Of a stretch of DNA of 40,513 nucleotides, positions 18,765-26,109 are shown piece after piece. Location of the stretch: positions 1 to 40,513 of the IMG/VR virus record IMGVR_UViG_3300027838_000014; one strand, written 5' to 3'. This DNA is from a virus (taxonomy: Duplodnaviria; Caudoviricetes). How positions within the stretch are numbered: position 1 is the stretch's first letter; the number at the start of each line of letters is the position of its first letter. Below the pieces are notes generated by a model, which made no database searches, was not told the origin of the DNA, and saw only the letters and a program-made list of their open reading frames with translations. A program made the position numbers and the translations under genes.

Positions 18765-19405
18765 AGCACAATGCTGAGTGTATACGCAAGAGTCGTAACA
18801 GAGGGTAGTGACGCACGAGTCCGTTGGGTCTTAGGTCCTCAGTTGACACCTTACAGATACGCTTATAAGTTGTGAAGGTATCGTATGGGTGCCTTGTCTC
18901 TGGTCCCTCTTGACCATGTCGCTCGTGCGTCACCGTCCCAGGTAGTGGCGGGCCGACCCCGCTAGGCTACATTATCACTCCATGCTCCCTCCTGTTCGGC
19001 TATTGCGTATACACTCAACTCCCTAAGTAAAAAGGTTGGGAGTCCTGACTACAGAGCAATGTATCAAGCAGCAGAAGGGTACCGAAGCACCCGTGTACTG
19101 AGAGTCCGATCACTGACTAAGCGAATCCGCCTAGTGTAAAGACCGTTGCTTAACAGGTAGCACTATTACCTGTCCCCGTGTGTGGGTTTCTCTGTTCAGA
19201 CGAGCCTATGGCTCTTAATAGTAAGCGTGTCGGAGGCGTTGTGAGCCAGGGTGACGCCTTTCGACGATCCAGTTCTCACAACCTATCCATTCGCCTGACT
19301 ATGTTCTAGCCAGGTAGGAGACCAGTGCGGTACCTCGGGCACTGTTGTTGTTGCTTCATTCGGAGTGCGGTTGCAGTCAAAGGTTTGGGGGCTTTCGCCC
19401 CCTCC
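18765..19405 (-). ncRNA. Candidate large structured RNA / structured intercistronic leader
   Basis: No credible CDS. Nested perfect helices 18775-18789/19003-19017 (15 bp) and 18808-18819/18922-18933 (12 bp), about ten further hairpins, and cUUCGg (19077-19092) and GAAA (19387-19402) tetraloops on the - strand. Confidence 0.6.
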
Positions 19406-19407
19406 CC

Positions 19408-19725
19408 TCAGTCGTCCCACTTCTCACGGCTCAGTTCCACCGCTGCCTCGTGGGCCTTCAGATCGTCACCGCTCAATCGGGCACCAGTACTGAGCCTGAT
19501 ACCGTCCACCGTCACCGAAGCAGCCTTGTGCTTGACTTCGGGTTTGCGACTGAGTACCTTGGTCCTAACCAAGTCGTCGGGTCGCAACGGGTGGAGATTG
19601 AGCGGGACTCCGACTTTGTCTGCACGCTCCGGTTTGTTCACCCGTGACACCATTCGTGCCATGAGGTTGGAACGGCTCCGGGTGCCGCTGGACAGTGTCG
19701 GGAACAGATCATCCAGATCTGACAT
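19408..19725 (-). CDS. Small hypothetical protein, first gene of the putative early operon
   Basis: 105 aa, AGGAG RBS, directly downstream of a sigma70-like promoter. Confidence 0.7.
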   Translation of the reverse strand: MSDLDDLFPTLSSGTRSRSNLMARMVSRVNKPERADKVGVPLNLHPLRPDDLVRTKVLSRKPEVKHKAASVTVDGIRLSTGARLSGDDLKAHEAAVELSREKWDD

Positions 19726-19798
19726 ACCGCACTCCTATCTATGGAGGACCATATCGTAGGCACCAGATGGGGTGCTCTATCGGTCTCTCACAAACTCC

Positions 19799-19826
19799 AT
19801 TATCCATGTACAAACTATTTGCGCAA
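19799..19826 (-). promoter_or_regulatory. Sigma70-like promoter for the leftward early operon
   Basis: TTGCGC-N16-GATAAT on the - strand, with an upstream A-tract in an AT-rich region. Confidence 0.45.
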
Positions 19827-19836
19827 GTATTTTTCG

Positions 19837-19871
19837 AGTCATAAGTATAGGCCAGTACTGCACTTATGACT
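19837..19871. promoter_or_regulatory. Spaced palindrome AGTCATAAGT-N15-ACTTATGACT
   Basis: Perfect 10-bp arms. The same TAAGT-N15-ACTTA core recurs at 20819-20843. Confidence 0.7.
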
Positions 19872-20023
19872 ATTAACAAAAGTTTAACATAGATTTTGGG
19901 CATTCAAAGTGGCAGTACACCGTTATCGGAACTTTACGTATTGGAAAGTGTTCGATTTTACTACACTATTCTGTGCTTGTTATGGGTTTGTTAGCACAAA
20001 TGGCGTTAGTTAATAACATACGA

Positions 20024-20417
20024 CCGATAACGTTAGGGCCGATAATATGCCATCCACACTTGCTCCGGTATGTCAAGACAAATCCAGTTATTTTCAGGGC
20101 CGATAATATACAGGGCCGATAACGTGTTATGTTCCGATAATATGTCCATGTTCTGATAAGATGTGGGGGCCGATAATGTTTCAGGGCCGATAATGTCAGG
20201 GGGCCGATAAGATGGCGGGCCGATAAGATGCTTGGGCCGATAATATTGGGGCCGATAAGATGCTGGGCCGATAAGATAAGGGCCGATAATGTACGGGCCG
20301 ATAAAGTTAGGGCCGATAATGTACGGGCCGATAAGATGCATACGTTATCGGCCCTGTCGAGGGCCGGTAATGTAGGGCCGATAATGTCAAGCGCTCGCAG
20401 GATCCAAGGGCCGATAA
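20024..20417 (+). repeat. Array of GGGCCGATAA 10-mers
   Basis: 16 perfect direct copies (20036, 20097, 20113, 20167, 20184, 20201, 20217, 20234, 20249, 20265, 20280, 20295, 20310, 20325, 20375, 20408), one inverted copy (20345) and several variants. Confidence 0.97.
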
Positions 20418-20479
20418 GATTCGGGGGTCAGCCCCCCCACCGCCCAGGCGCATGTGCTATATATGTACGCCATCCCTGG

Positions 20480-20761
20480 CTAGAGCGCATTTCCGTTTCC
20501 GGCATAGAACTCCGCAATGATAGGTGTTTGCTTTCCAACATAGGCGCCAGTAATGTTAAACTCTATATACTCCAGCGCCTCTTCCTCGGTCAGTCCGCCA
20601 TGACGAAGTATGACGACCAGGACGGCTTTGTCATAGATTGCCAGGACGTCATGGAAGGAACCACCGATTCCGACGAGTGCTTCGTCCATTCCGTCGAGTG
20701 TAAGTGCCTCCGGGTTGGCTGTATGTAGCCGTTCCTTGATCTCTCTGCACGTGTTCGTCAT
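20480..20761 (-). CDS. Conserved small phage hypothetical protein
   Basis: DGMDEALVG...IYD...EEEALEYIEFNITGAYVG.TP is a motif I recognise from many phage hypotheticals. Confidence 0.75.
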   Translation of the reverse strand: MTNTCREIKERLHTANPEALTLDGMDEALVGIGGSFHDVLAIYDKAVLVVILRHGGLTEEEALEYIEFNITGAYVGKQTPIIAEFYAGNGNAL

Positions 20762-20970
20762 GGTTCGTCCTGCTCTATCATGGGTTGGTCATGGGTTCGT
20801 CATGGGTCATCCTGGTTGTAAGTCTAGTAACCACAACAACTTAAGGTACAGCCATGACGAAGTATGACCCTTTTGGGGGTAAAGTAATATTAAGGGATGG
20901 GCTTAGACTCTCTCTGCTCTGTACGGTAACAAGTCTTTAGGGCTGAAACCGTCATGGTTCGTCCTGCCCC
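20756..20970. other. Putative replication origin (GTCATGG iterons)
   Basis: TCATGG at ~20758, 20778, 20789 and 20800, with inverted copies at 20852 and 20863, flanking TAAGT-N15-ACTTA. An 18-bp direct repeat lies at 20756-20773/20950-20967. The locus is downstream of the primase-helicase. Confidence 0.5.
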
Positions 20971-20983
20971 ATAATGACGCACT

Positions 20984-21502
20984 CTAGTCCAGCCGATCCA
21001 TGAGTCGCTTCCGCAGCCACAACCACTCCCGACGGTAGCACCCTGTCAGGAAACGGGCTGTGAGATCCGTGGCTCTCTTCCTATCCCCTGCAACGGTTAC
21101 GGGTATCCCCATGCTCATGATCGAGCACAGAGTCCCCTTGACGTGGTTCGGGGTGACCTTGCGGGATCTCCAGCCTCCCATGTCGATCTGATCCCACGAA
21201 CAGTCAATCATTAGCATGCGGTGCTTGAAGTGCTTGAGGCGGTGCATTTGATCCATGAACCGATCCCTCTGCGAACCCACACACTTGATCAGGTCGTCCA
21301 GGGACTTTCTCTCGACTGTCATGTCCGTCTCGAAGTTTCTTACGCTATAATCCCCTGTAACAAGTGCGTGCTTGATCGTAGGGTTCTTGAACTTGTATGG
21401 CTTCTGCTCACGGGTGTCAACGACGATAATGCAAGGTGGCGGTTCCTTTGGGATATGTATCAGTGGATCCTCCATGTGTTTTATTAGATCTACATTTGGC
21501 AC
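20984..21502 (-). CDS. ERCC4/XPF-domain nuclease (putative resolvase)
   Basis: IVVDTREQ, L.TGDYS and VERKSLDDL motifs. Confidence 0.9.
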   Translation of the reverse strand: MPNVDLIKHMEDPLIHIPKEPPPCIIVVDTREQKPYKFKNPTIKHALVTGDYSVRNFETDMTVERKSLDDLIKCVGSQRDRFMDQMHRLKHFKHRMLMIDCSWDQIDMGGWRSRKVTPNHVKGTLCSIMSMGIPVTVAGDRKRATDLTARFLTGCYRREWLWLRKRLMDRLD

Positions 21503-21569
21503 GACTTCTCCTTCTGTAAGAAAAATGGAGTGCCTCAGAAGCCCACTGAGACACTCCTACGGAGAGTAC

Positions 21570-21860
21570 ATGATGATTAAACAAAACACTCTGGTCGTTG
21601 TCAAGTGGGTCGATATAGTAGGGGACGACTCCTGGACAACTCTCAAGGAAGCACGCCGTATAACCACCCACCCATTCGTGTCCATTGGTTGGGTCCTATC
21701 TCACACGAAGACGATGCTGGTGATCACCTCCTGCTATTCCCCAAAGGACGACACCGTGGGATCAGTGACCTCCATTCCGGCTGGTGCCGTGGAGAAGATC
21801 ACGGAAATGAACAGGGTAATGAAGCCCGGTCCCCCGGATCCGACTAGTCCATCCAACTGA
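21570..21860 (+). CDS. Small phage hypothetical protein
   Basis: LVVVKWVDI...W, SIGW and IP.G.V..I motif. GGAG RBS at 21561, so the start is reassigned from 21372. Confidence 0.7.
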   Translation: MMIKQNTLVVVKWVDIVGDDSWTTLKEARRITTHPFVSIGWVLSHTKTMLVITSCYSPKDDTVGSVTSIPAGAVEKITEMNRVMKPGPPDPTSPSN

Positions 21861-24042
21861 TACGCTCCTCTTGTTTCTCTGTGATCCCGTGGAGGTACAC
21901 GTCACCACCCCTCTTGCCCTTGTCGATCCTGCACCGATTGTCGCCCTCGCCGATCATACGACCGTGACTCAACCGTCCAAAGTTGTTAATGTTCAAGCCG
22001 GGCTTCTGACCCCTTCTCCTGCACCATTCAGTGAATGCCTCGTAGACCTGACTGATACGTACACGCCCAGTACTGAAGGGTTCGTACTTCTCATGGAGGA
22101 ACACAGAGATCACGTCTTCACTATCCTTGTAGTCTTCCAGTGCTGCACGGCAGGCTTCAGGCTCCTCTAGCCCCTCTTGAAGGAATCCCTGAGTACCCTC
22201 GATTAGCCACGACATGATCTGGTCTCGCTCGTCATCCACCAACCTGCGCATAAGGCCCCGCTCTTGGGCATGCTCAGGGATAATGACCGGGAAGTGGATC
22301 AGGGCCATACGCCTCCATAGGCCGTGCGACATGTCGTTCACGGTAGGCAGGTAGTTCGACATGATGAGGAAACTGGTCACCGGACGGAAAGAGAAGTGTC
22401 TGCCATAAAGATGTCGTCCACTTATCAGAGCCTCACCCCCTGTGAGCATCTTGAACCGCTCGTCGTTTAACTGCGTGTTGCTGCCGAACTCGTGAACCAG
22501 ACCCACTCGCTTCCCTTGGAGGCTGGCTACCTTTGTCTCGCCACCCTCGCCTCCTGTGAGCGTGCTCGCCGGAACTGGGAAGCAGTACTCGCCCAGGCAC
22601 CCCTGAAGGATACCAGCCAGCACCGACTTCCCATTCGCTCCGTCTCCGAACATGATCAGGGCCTTGGAGTCGCCTACGTTACCCAGCAGGCATGACCCCA
22701 GTCTCTTTTGGAGGTAACGGATAACGTCCGCCTCCCCATTGAAGATCTCGTCGAGGAACTTCAGGAAGCCCTCTGGCTTGCCACAACCAGCAGTGTAGTT
22801 ACTAGGGAGTATGTTAGTTACGTGGTCGTCACGGTTGTGCTCACCTTGGTGGTACTTCCCGTCCTCGGTAAAGGTCAGGGTGCAGTTCTGGAAGTTCACC
22901 TTCATTGGGTCGTTGTCGAAGTCCTCTGCGTTGATACGACACTCCCGTACGGTTGAGGAGAGCGCCAGGATATCCTTGATCTTTCGGTATGTAAGGCTTC
23001 GGGAGCATAGGCTACTGAGTCTTTCATGAGCACCACCAGCCTCCCCAGCCTGTAGTCGAAGCATGTTGATGTAAGCACCCACCATGTTCAATGCTTCGTT
23101 CTCGTCACGACCCCAGTACTTGCCGTTATAGAGGAGCCACCCCAGGCCCTCTTCGTACTTGAGGTTGTCTCCACGCTCACTGATAAAGGAGATCGCTATC
23201 TCCCTTTCAATCGCCTCGGGGAAACTCGGTTCTTGATCGGTAGCCCCGGTAGCGTTCTCCTGGTTACGTGCATGGGCGTAGGCAGAGGATACAGTTGTGC
23301 CGACCTCCTCCGGGCTGAGTGGTGGACGGCAATAGACCTCGTTCATTCCCCAGATAACATTGTATGCAGTGTCCCTGGTGACTCCAAGGTTTCTCTGCCT
23401 TACAGCCTCACGGAAGATAGCGTTGTTCCGCTCACCGCTGTTGACCACCAAGTCCTTGTCGGGGAATCTGTGTATGGGGTAGGTGTTGCCCCTGGAACAC
23501 AACATGTGGGTTTCGTATCGTTCCGGTCTCTTCATGTTGACTGTACCAGGGATACGCATGATCCGGGCAGGCTCGGCGCATTGAGGGTCCCCAGACATAG
23601 ACTTCGACAGTATCTGTAGCCTCTTCTTGAAGTCCCCACGCTCGTCCATGGTACGTAGTGGTGCGGGTTTGTCTAGGCACCAATAGCAGTGTGCGCCACC
23701 TCCGGTAGACACGACGACTGTCGGGGCGGGGTATCCCGCCAATCTAGCACGTTCGTCGAGGGTTTCTAGGGTTATTTCGGGGTCGTCTACGTCAACCCAT
23801 AGTGCTCTGGAGTGGAGTAGGTTGCCCTGTCCCCCATTCCCTTCTGCGGATCTACGAACGGCTACACCGAATCCTGAGTTGGACAACTGCGTTTGAGCCC
23901 GCTCGACTTGTGTCCATAGTAGGTCGTCGTCACCGTAGGCTAGCATTGTGCTGAAGTTGCCTGTCGGGTTTGGGGCCCCGAACCCCCGTACGTTGATTAT
24001 CTCACCTTCGTTGAATAGGGAATCTAATAGGTCGCTATGCAT
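21844..24042 (-). CDS. Primase-helicase: RepB'-type AEP primase + PriCT + D5_N + SF3 helicase (P4/D5 family)
   Basis: ALWVDVD, STGGGAHCYW and RIMRIPGTVN primase motifs, GERNN (PriCT), Walker A GDGANGKS, FKMLTGGE and WRRM. Confidence 0.92.
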   Translation of the reverse strand: MHSDLLDSLFNEGEIINVRGFGAPNPTGNFSTMLAYGDDDLLWTQVERAQTQLSNSGFGVAVRRSAEGNGGQGNLLHSRALWVDVDDPEITLETLDERARLAGYPAPTVVVSTGGGAHCYWCLDKPAPLRTMDERGDFKKRLQILSKSMSGDPQCAEPARIMRIPGTVNMKRPERYETHMLCSRGNTYPIHRFPDKDLVVNSGERNNAIFREAVRQRNLGVTRDTAYNVIWGMNEVYCRPPLSPEEVGTTVSSAYAHARNQENATGATDQEPSFPEAIEREIAISFISERGDNLKYEEGLGWLLYNGKYWGRDENEALNMVGAYINMLRLQAGEAGGAHERLSSLCSRSLTYRKIKDILALSSTVRECRINAEDFDNDPMKVNFQNCTLTFTEDGKYHQGEHNRDDHVTNILPSNYTAGCGKPEGFLKFLDEIFNGEADVIRYLQKRLGSCLLGNVGDSKALIMFGDGANGKSVLAGILQGCLGEYCFPVPASTLTGGEGGETKVASLQGKRVGLVHEFGSNTQLNDERFKMLTGGEALISGRHLYGRHFSFRPVTSFLIMSNYLPTVNDMSHGLWRRMALIHFPVIIPEHAQERGLMRRLVDDERDQIMSWLIEGTQGFLQEGLEEPEACRAALEDYKDSEDVISVFLHEKYEPFSTGRVRISQVYEAFTEWCRRRGQKPGLNINNFGRLSHGRMIGEGDNRCRIDKGKRGGDVYLHGITEKQEERISWMD

Positions 24043-24217
24043 CGCCTATGAACCTTTCGTGTGGGAGCAGTTGTGCTACAAGTCCCCGTATGTGTAGTTT
24101 GGGGACCTGCAACTCGCCGAAGGGCTCGCTGGTGTGTGCCCTAAAAAGTTGTATCGTGACTGTGTCCTTGTCGATATGCACACGTGTGACAACGTCGTAT
24201 AGAACGTCACCCATCAT
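24035..24217 (-). CDS. Hypothetical protein
   Basis: 60 aa, overlaps both neighbours in the same operon. Confidence 0.55.
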   Translation of the reverse strand: MMGDVLYDVVTRVHIDKDTVTIQLFRAHTSEPFGELQVPKLHIRGLVAQLLPHERFIGDA

Positions 24218-24843
24218 AGAACCCTTTCTAGAAGTTCCAGGAACCTACCCAGGGACTTCGACTTTGCGTGCCTCAGTGCGTGTCGCTTACAGTGGAACCT
24301 GTATCCTTCGTCATGGTGTGTGGGATACCAGCCTTTGCCGTCTTTACTGACAAGGGACGCCCTGGTATGGGAGATTGGGTTGTACCACTTCCTGCCGTAC
24401 ACCTTGTTCCCCTTGTTGGTATACCATTCAGCGAAGTCGGTCTCGTCACTGGTCCCGCATGCCGCCAACTCCATTTCACGAATGACTTTCCATCTGCGCT
24501 TCTGTAGGTTGTTGTTTGACAGGTGGCATATCGCAGCCTCTGAGGATATGAAGTCTGGCTCGGTGCGGAGTTTAACGAAGTGGTTAATGTAGTACATTAG
24601 TCTGGTTCGCCATTGTGGGGAGGTATCCCTGCCGTGGTCGAAGTGTCGGAGGTAAATCCATTCGAGGTCTTCTGACGACATAAGGGGTGGTACTATTTTA
24701 CGGAAGTCCTCGATAGAGGGAAGGTTGAACCGGATCATGTGTGGGGTGACTGGGTAGTGTTCTCCTCTGCCGCACATCTGCTCGAATATGTGGTCTTCTA
24801 TTTTCATTGAAGTCTTTCTAAGGTTTGGTGGCCACGCATCCAC
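24214..24843 (-). CDS. Hypothetical protein
   Basis: 209-aa ORF between ssb and the primase. Start uncertain (24843 or 24807). Confidence 0.65.
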   Translation of the reverse strand: MDAWPPNLRKTSMKIEDHIFEQMCGRGEHYPVTPHMIRFNLPSIEDFRKIVPPLMSSEDLEWIYLRHFDHGRDTSPQWRTRLMYYINHFVKLRTEPDFISSEAAICHLSNNNLQKRRWKVIREMELAACGTSDETDFAEWYTNKGNKVYGRKWYNPISHTRASLVSKDGKGWYPTHHDEGYRFHCKRHALRHAKSKSLGRFLELLERVL

Positions 24844-24872
24844 GGCGCAGCCACCGTCCTTATTCAGCGGGA

Positions 24873-25262
24873 CTAGAAGGGTGTCTCCTGGGTTTCCGGG
24901 GCCCGAGTTTTCTTGGGAGCAGCCACGTATTCCTCAGATTCGGCCCACGCCTTGCACTTGACGAACTGGACATTGTTGCACTCGACAATGACAGCCTTCC
25001 GTGGTTCTCCGTCACGAGTCTTGTACTCGTCAATGCGGAGGGTTCCAGTGATAAGCACTGAGTCGCCTTTCACCAGATACTTCTCGCAGTTGTCGGCTCC
25101 CTTTCCGTAGACCGTTACGTCGAGGAAGTTGGTGTGCTTCCTGTCCGCTGAACCGAGGTTGTTGGCGATCCGGAACTCTGCTACTTTCGTTCCGTTCTTG
25201 GTGACGTCCGTCTCAGGGGAACCAACGAGGTTTCCTGAGATGGTAAGATTGTTGAACTGCAT
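24873..25262 (-). CDS. ssb: Single-stranded DNA-binding protein
   Basis: N...ISGNL...PE, YLVKGD.V.ITG.L and an acidic C-terminal ...ETPF tip. AGGAGG RBS. Confidence 0.95.
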   Translation of the reverse strand: MQFNNLTISGNLVGSPETDVTKNGTKVAEFRIANNLGSADRKHTNFLDVTVYGKGADNCEKYLVKGDSVLITGTLRIDEYKTRDGEPRKAVIVECNNVQFVKCKAWAESEEYVAAPKKTRAPETQETPF

Positions 25263-25299
25263 TGCAGTCCTCCTAACTAGGGGTACTAAACGGCGGGAG

Positions 25300-25329
25300 A
25301 CCGTACCACGACCCTGACGTCCTTGTCAA
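25300..25329 (-). promoter_or_regulatory. Sigma70-like promoter for the ssb/replication operon
   Basis: TTGACA-N18-TACGGT with a TGn extension on the - strand. Confidence 0.5.
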
Positions 25330-25346
25330 ACATTTTCTGAGAGTAT

Positions 25347-25547
25347 TCATAAGTCGGTTCTGAACACCAACTTGGAGCCGACTAATCTTCTCGCCCCGTT
25401 GTCTGGCCTCTTATCGACGAACGCTTCGATCAGGAGAGCCAGGTCGTAGGTGCAGACAGGGCAGATGAAGTGGATCTCCGCCACGGCCTTGATAGCGGTG
25501 GGTGTGTGGTCGTATACTTCTCGGCAGCGGTCACACTTGAATGCCAT
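25347..25547 (-). CDS. Small Zn-ribbon-like hypothetical protein
   Basis: MAFKCDRC...ICPVC (two CxxC). Overlaps only the doubtful 5' extension of the terS ORF. Confidence 0.45.
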   Translation of the reverse strand: MAFKCDRCREVYDHTPTAIKAVAEIHFICPVCTYDLALLIEAFVDKRPDNGARRLVGSKLVFRTDL

Positions 25548-25572
25548 GGTAGTTCCAAACGGAAGAGTTAAT

Positions 25573-26109
25573 GTGTCCAATCCAGACCCGCCAAAGGTTA
25601 ATCCAAATAGGCAGTCCGACTATGAAGACATGATGCTCCGTCTCGGAGTAAAGAACAAGTTGAAAGAGGCTGTAGAGTCTGGACACTCCTTCGAGGCGGC
25701 ATGTGAACTGGTCGGAATACCTTATGAGTATGCGTTCTCGGCGAGCCAGACGGACGATGACTTTCGTGAGATATGGCAGTTATCGAGGGCGAATGGGTCT
25801 GTAGATACGCTTCCCTGCCCAAGCACTGTGTGGCGAGACGGCCATGAGGTCAAGGCGGAGTTCTTGAACATGTTGGTCGAAGTCGGACTGTTCAATAAAC
25901 TGGTACACATGGCTGCTCTTGCGGAGCCCGGAACTGTGCAGGGTGACAAGGTGCTAATGTTTTTCGGCAGGAGCGTTCTACCTCAGGTTCTGCCAAAGAA
26001 GGATGAGGACGACAAGAGCGAAGTGCGGCTCAACCAAAAGTCCGACAAGGAACTGGTGGAAATGTTGAACTCCTTACAGAGGGGTAGGCTTAGCCTAGAT
26101 GGAGAATGA
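25573..26109 (+). CDS. terS: Probable terminase small subunit
   Basis: Immediately upstream of TerL. HTH-like SFEAACELVGIP...DDDFREIW and C-terminal KSDKELVEML. Start uncertain (GTG 25573; the ORF is open from 25450). Confidence 0.65.
   Translation: MSNPDPPKVNPNRQSDYEDMMLRLGVKNKLKEAVESGHSFEAACELVGIPYEYAFSASQTDDDFREIWQLSRANGSVDTLPCPSTVWRDGHEVKAEFLNMLVEVGLFNKLVHMAALAEPGTVQGDKVLMFFGRSVLPQVLPKKDEDDKSEVRLNQKSDKELVEMLNSLQRGRLSLDGE

Noticed and set aside
18630-18933. Short ORFs 18742-18933 (-) and 18630-18875 (+) in the structured region
   Set aside because: No convincing RBS or protein motif. The extensive pairing explains the sequence better.
19096-19125. Hammerhead-like CTGAGAGTC...GACTAA on the + strand
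   Set aside because: It lacks the exact CUGAnGA and GAAA core, and no flanking stems I/III are evident.
19800-19808. DnaA-box-like TTATCCATG
   Set aside because: Single copy, two mismatches to TTATCCACA, and it overlaps the predicted -10 element.
20024-20417. CRISPR array interpretation of the repeats
   Set aside because: The 10-bp unit and 5-7-nt spacers are far too short, and there are no cas genes.
20033-20728. ORFs 20033-20341 (-) and 20228-20728 (+) with IGP/RAD repeats
   Set aside because: They are by-products of the 10-mer array. Spacings of 16 and 17 bp break codon periodicity, there is no RBS, and the + ORF overlaps a better gene on the opposite strand.
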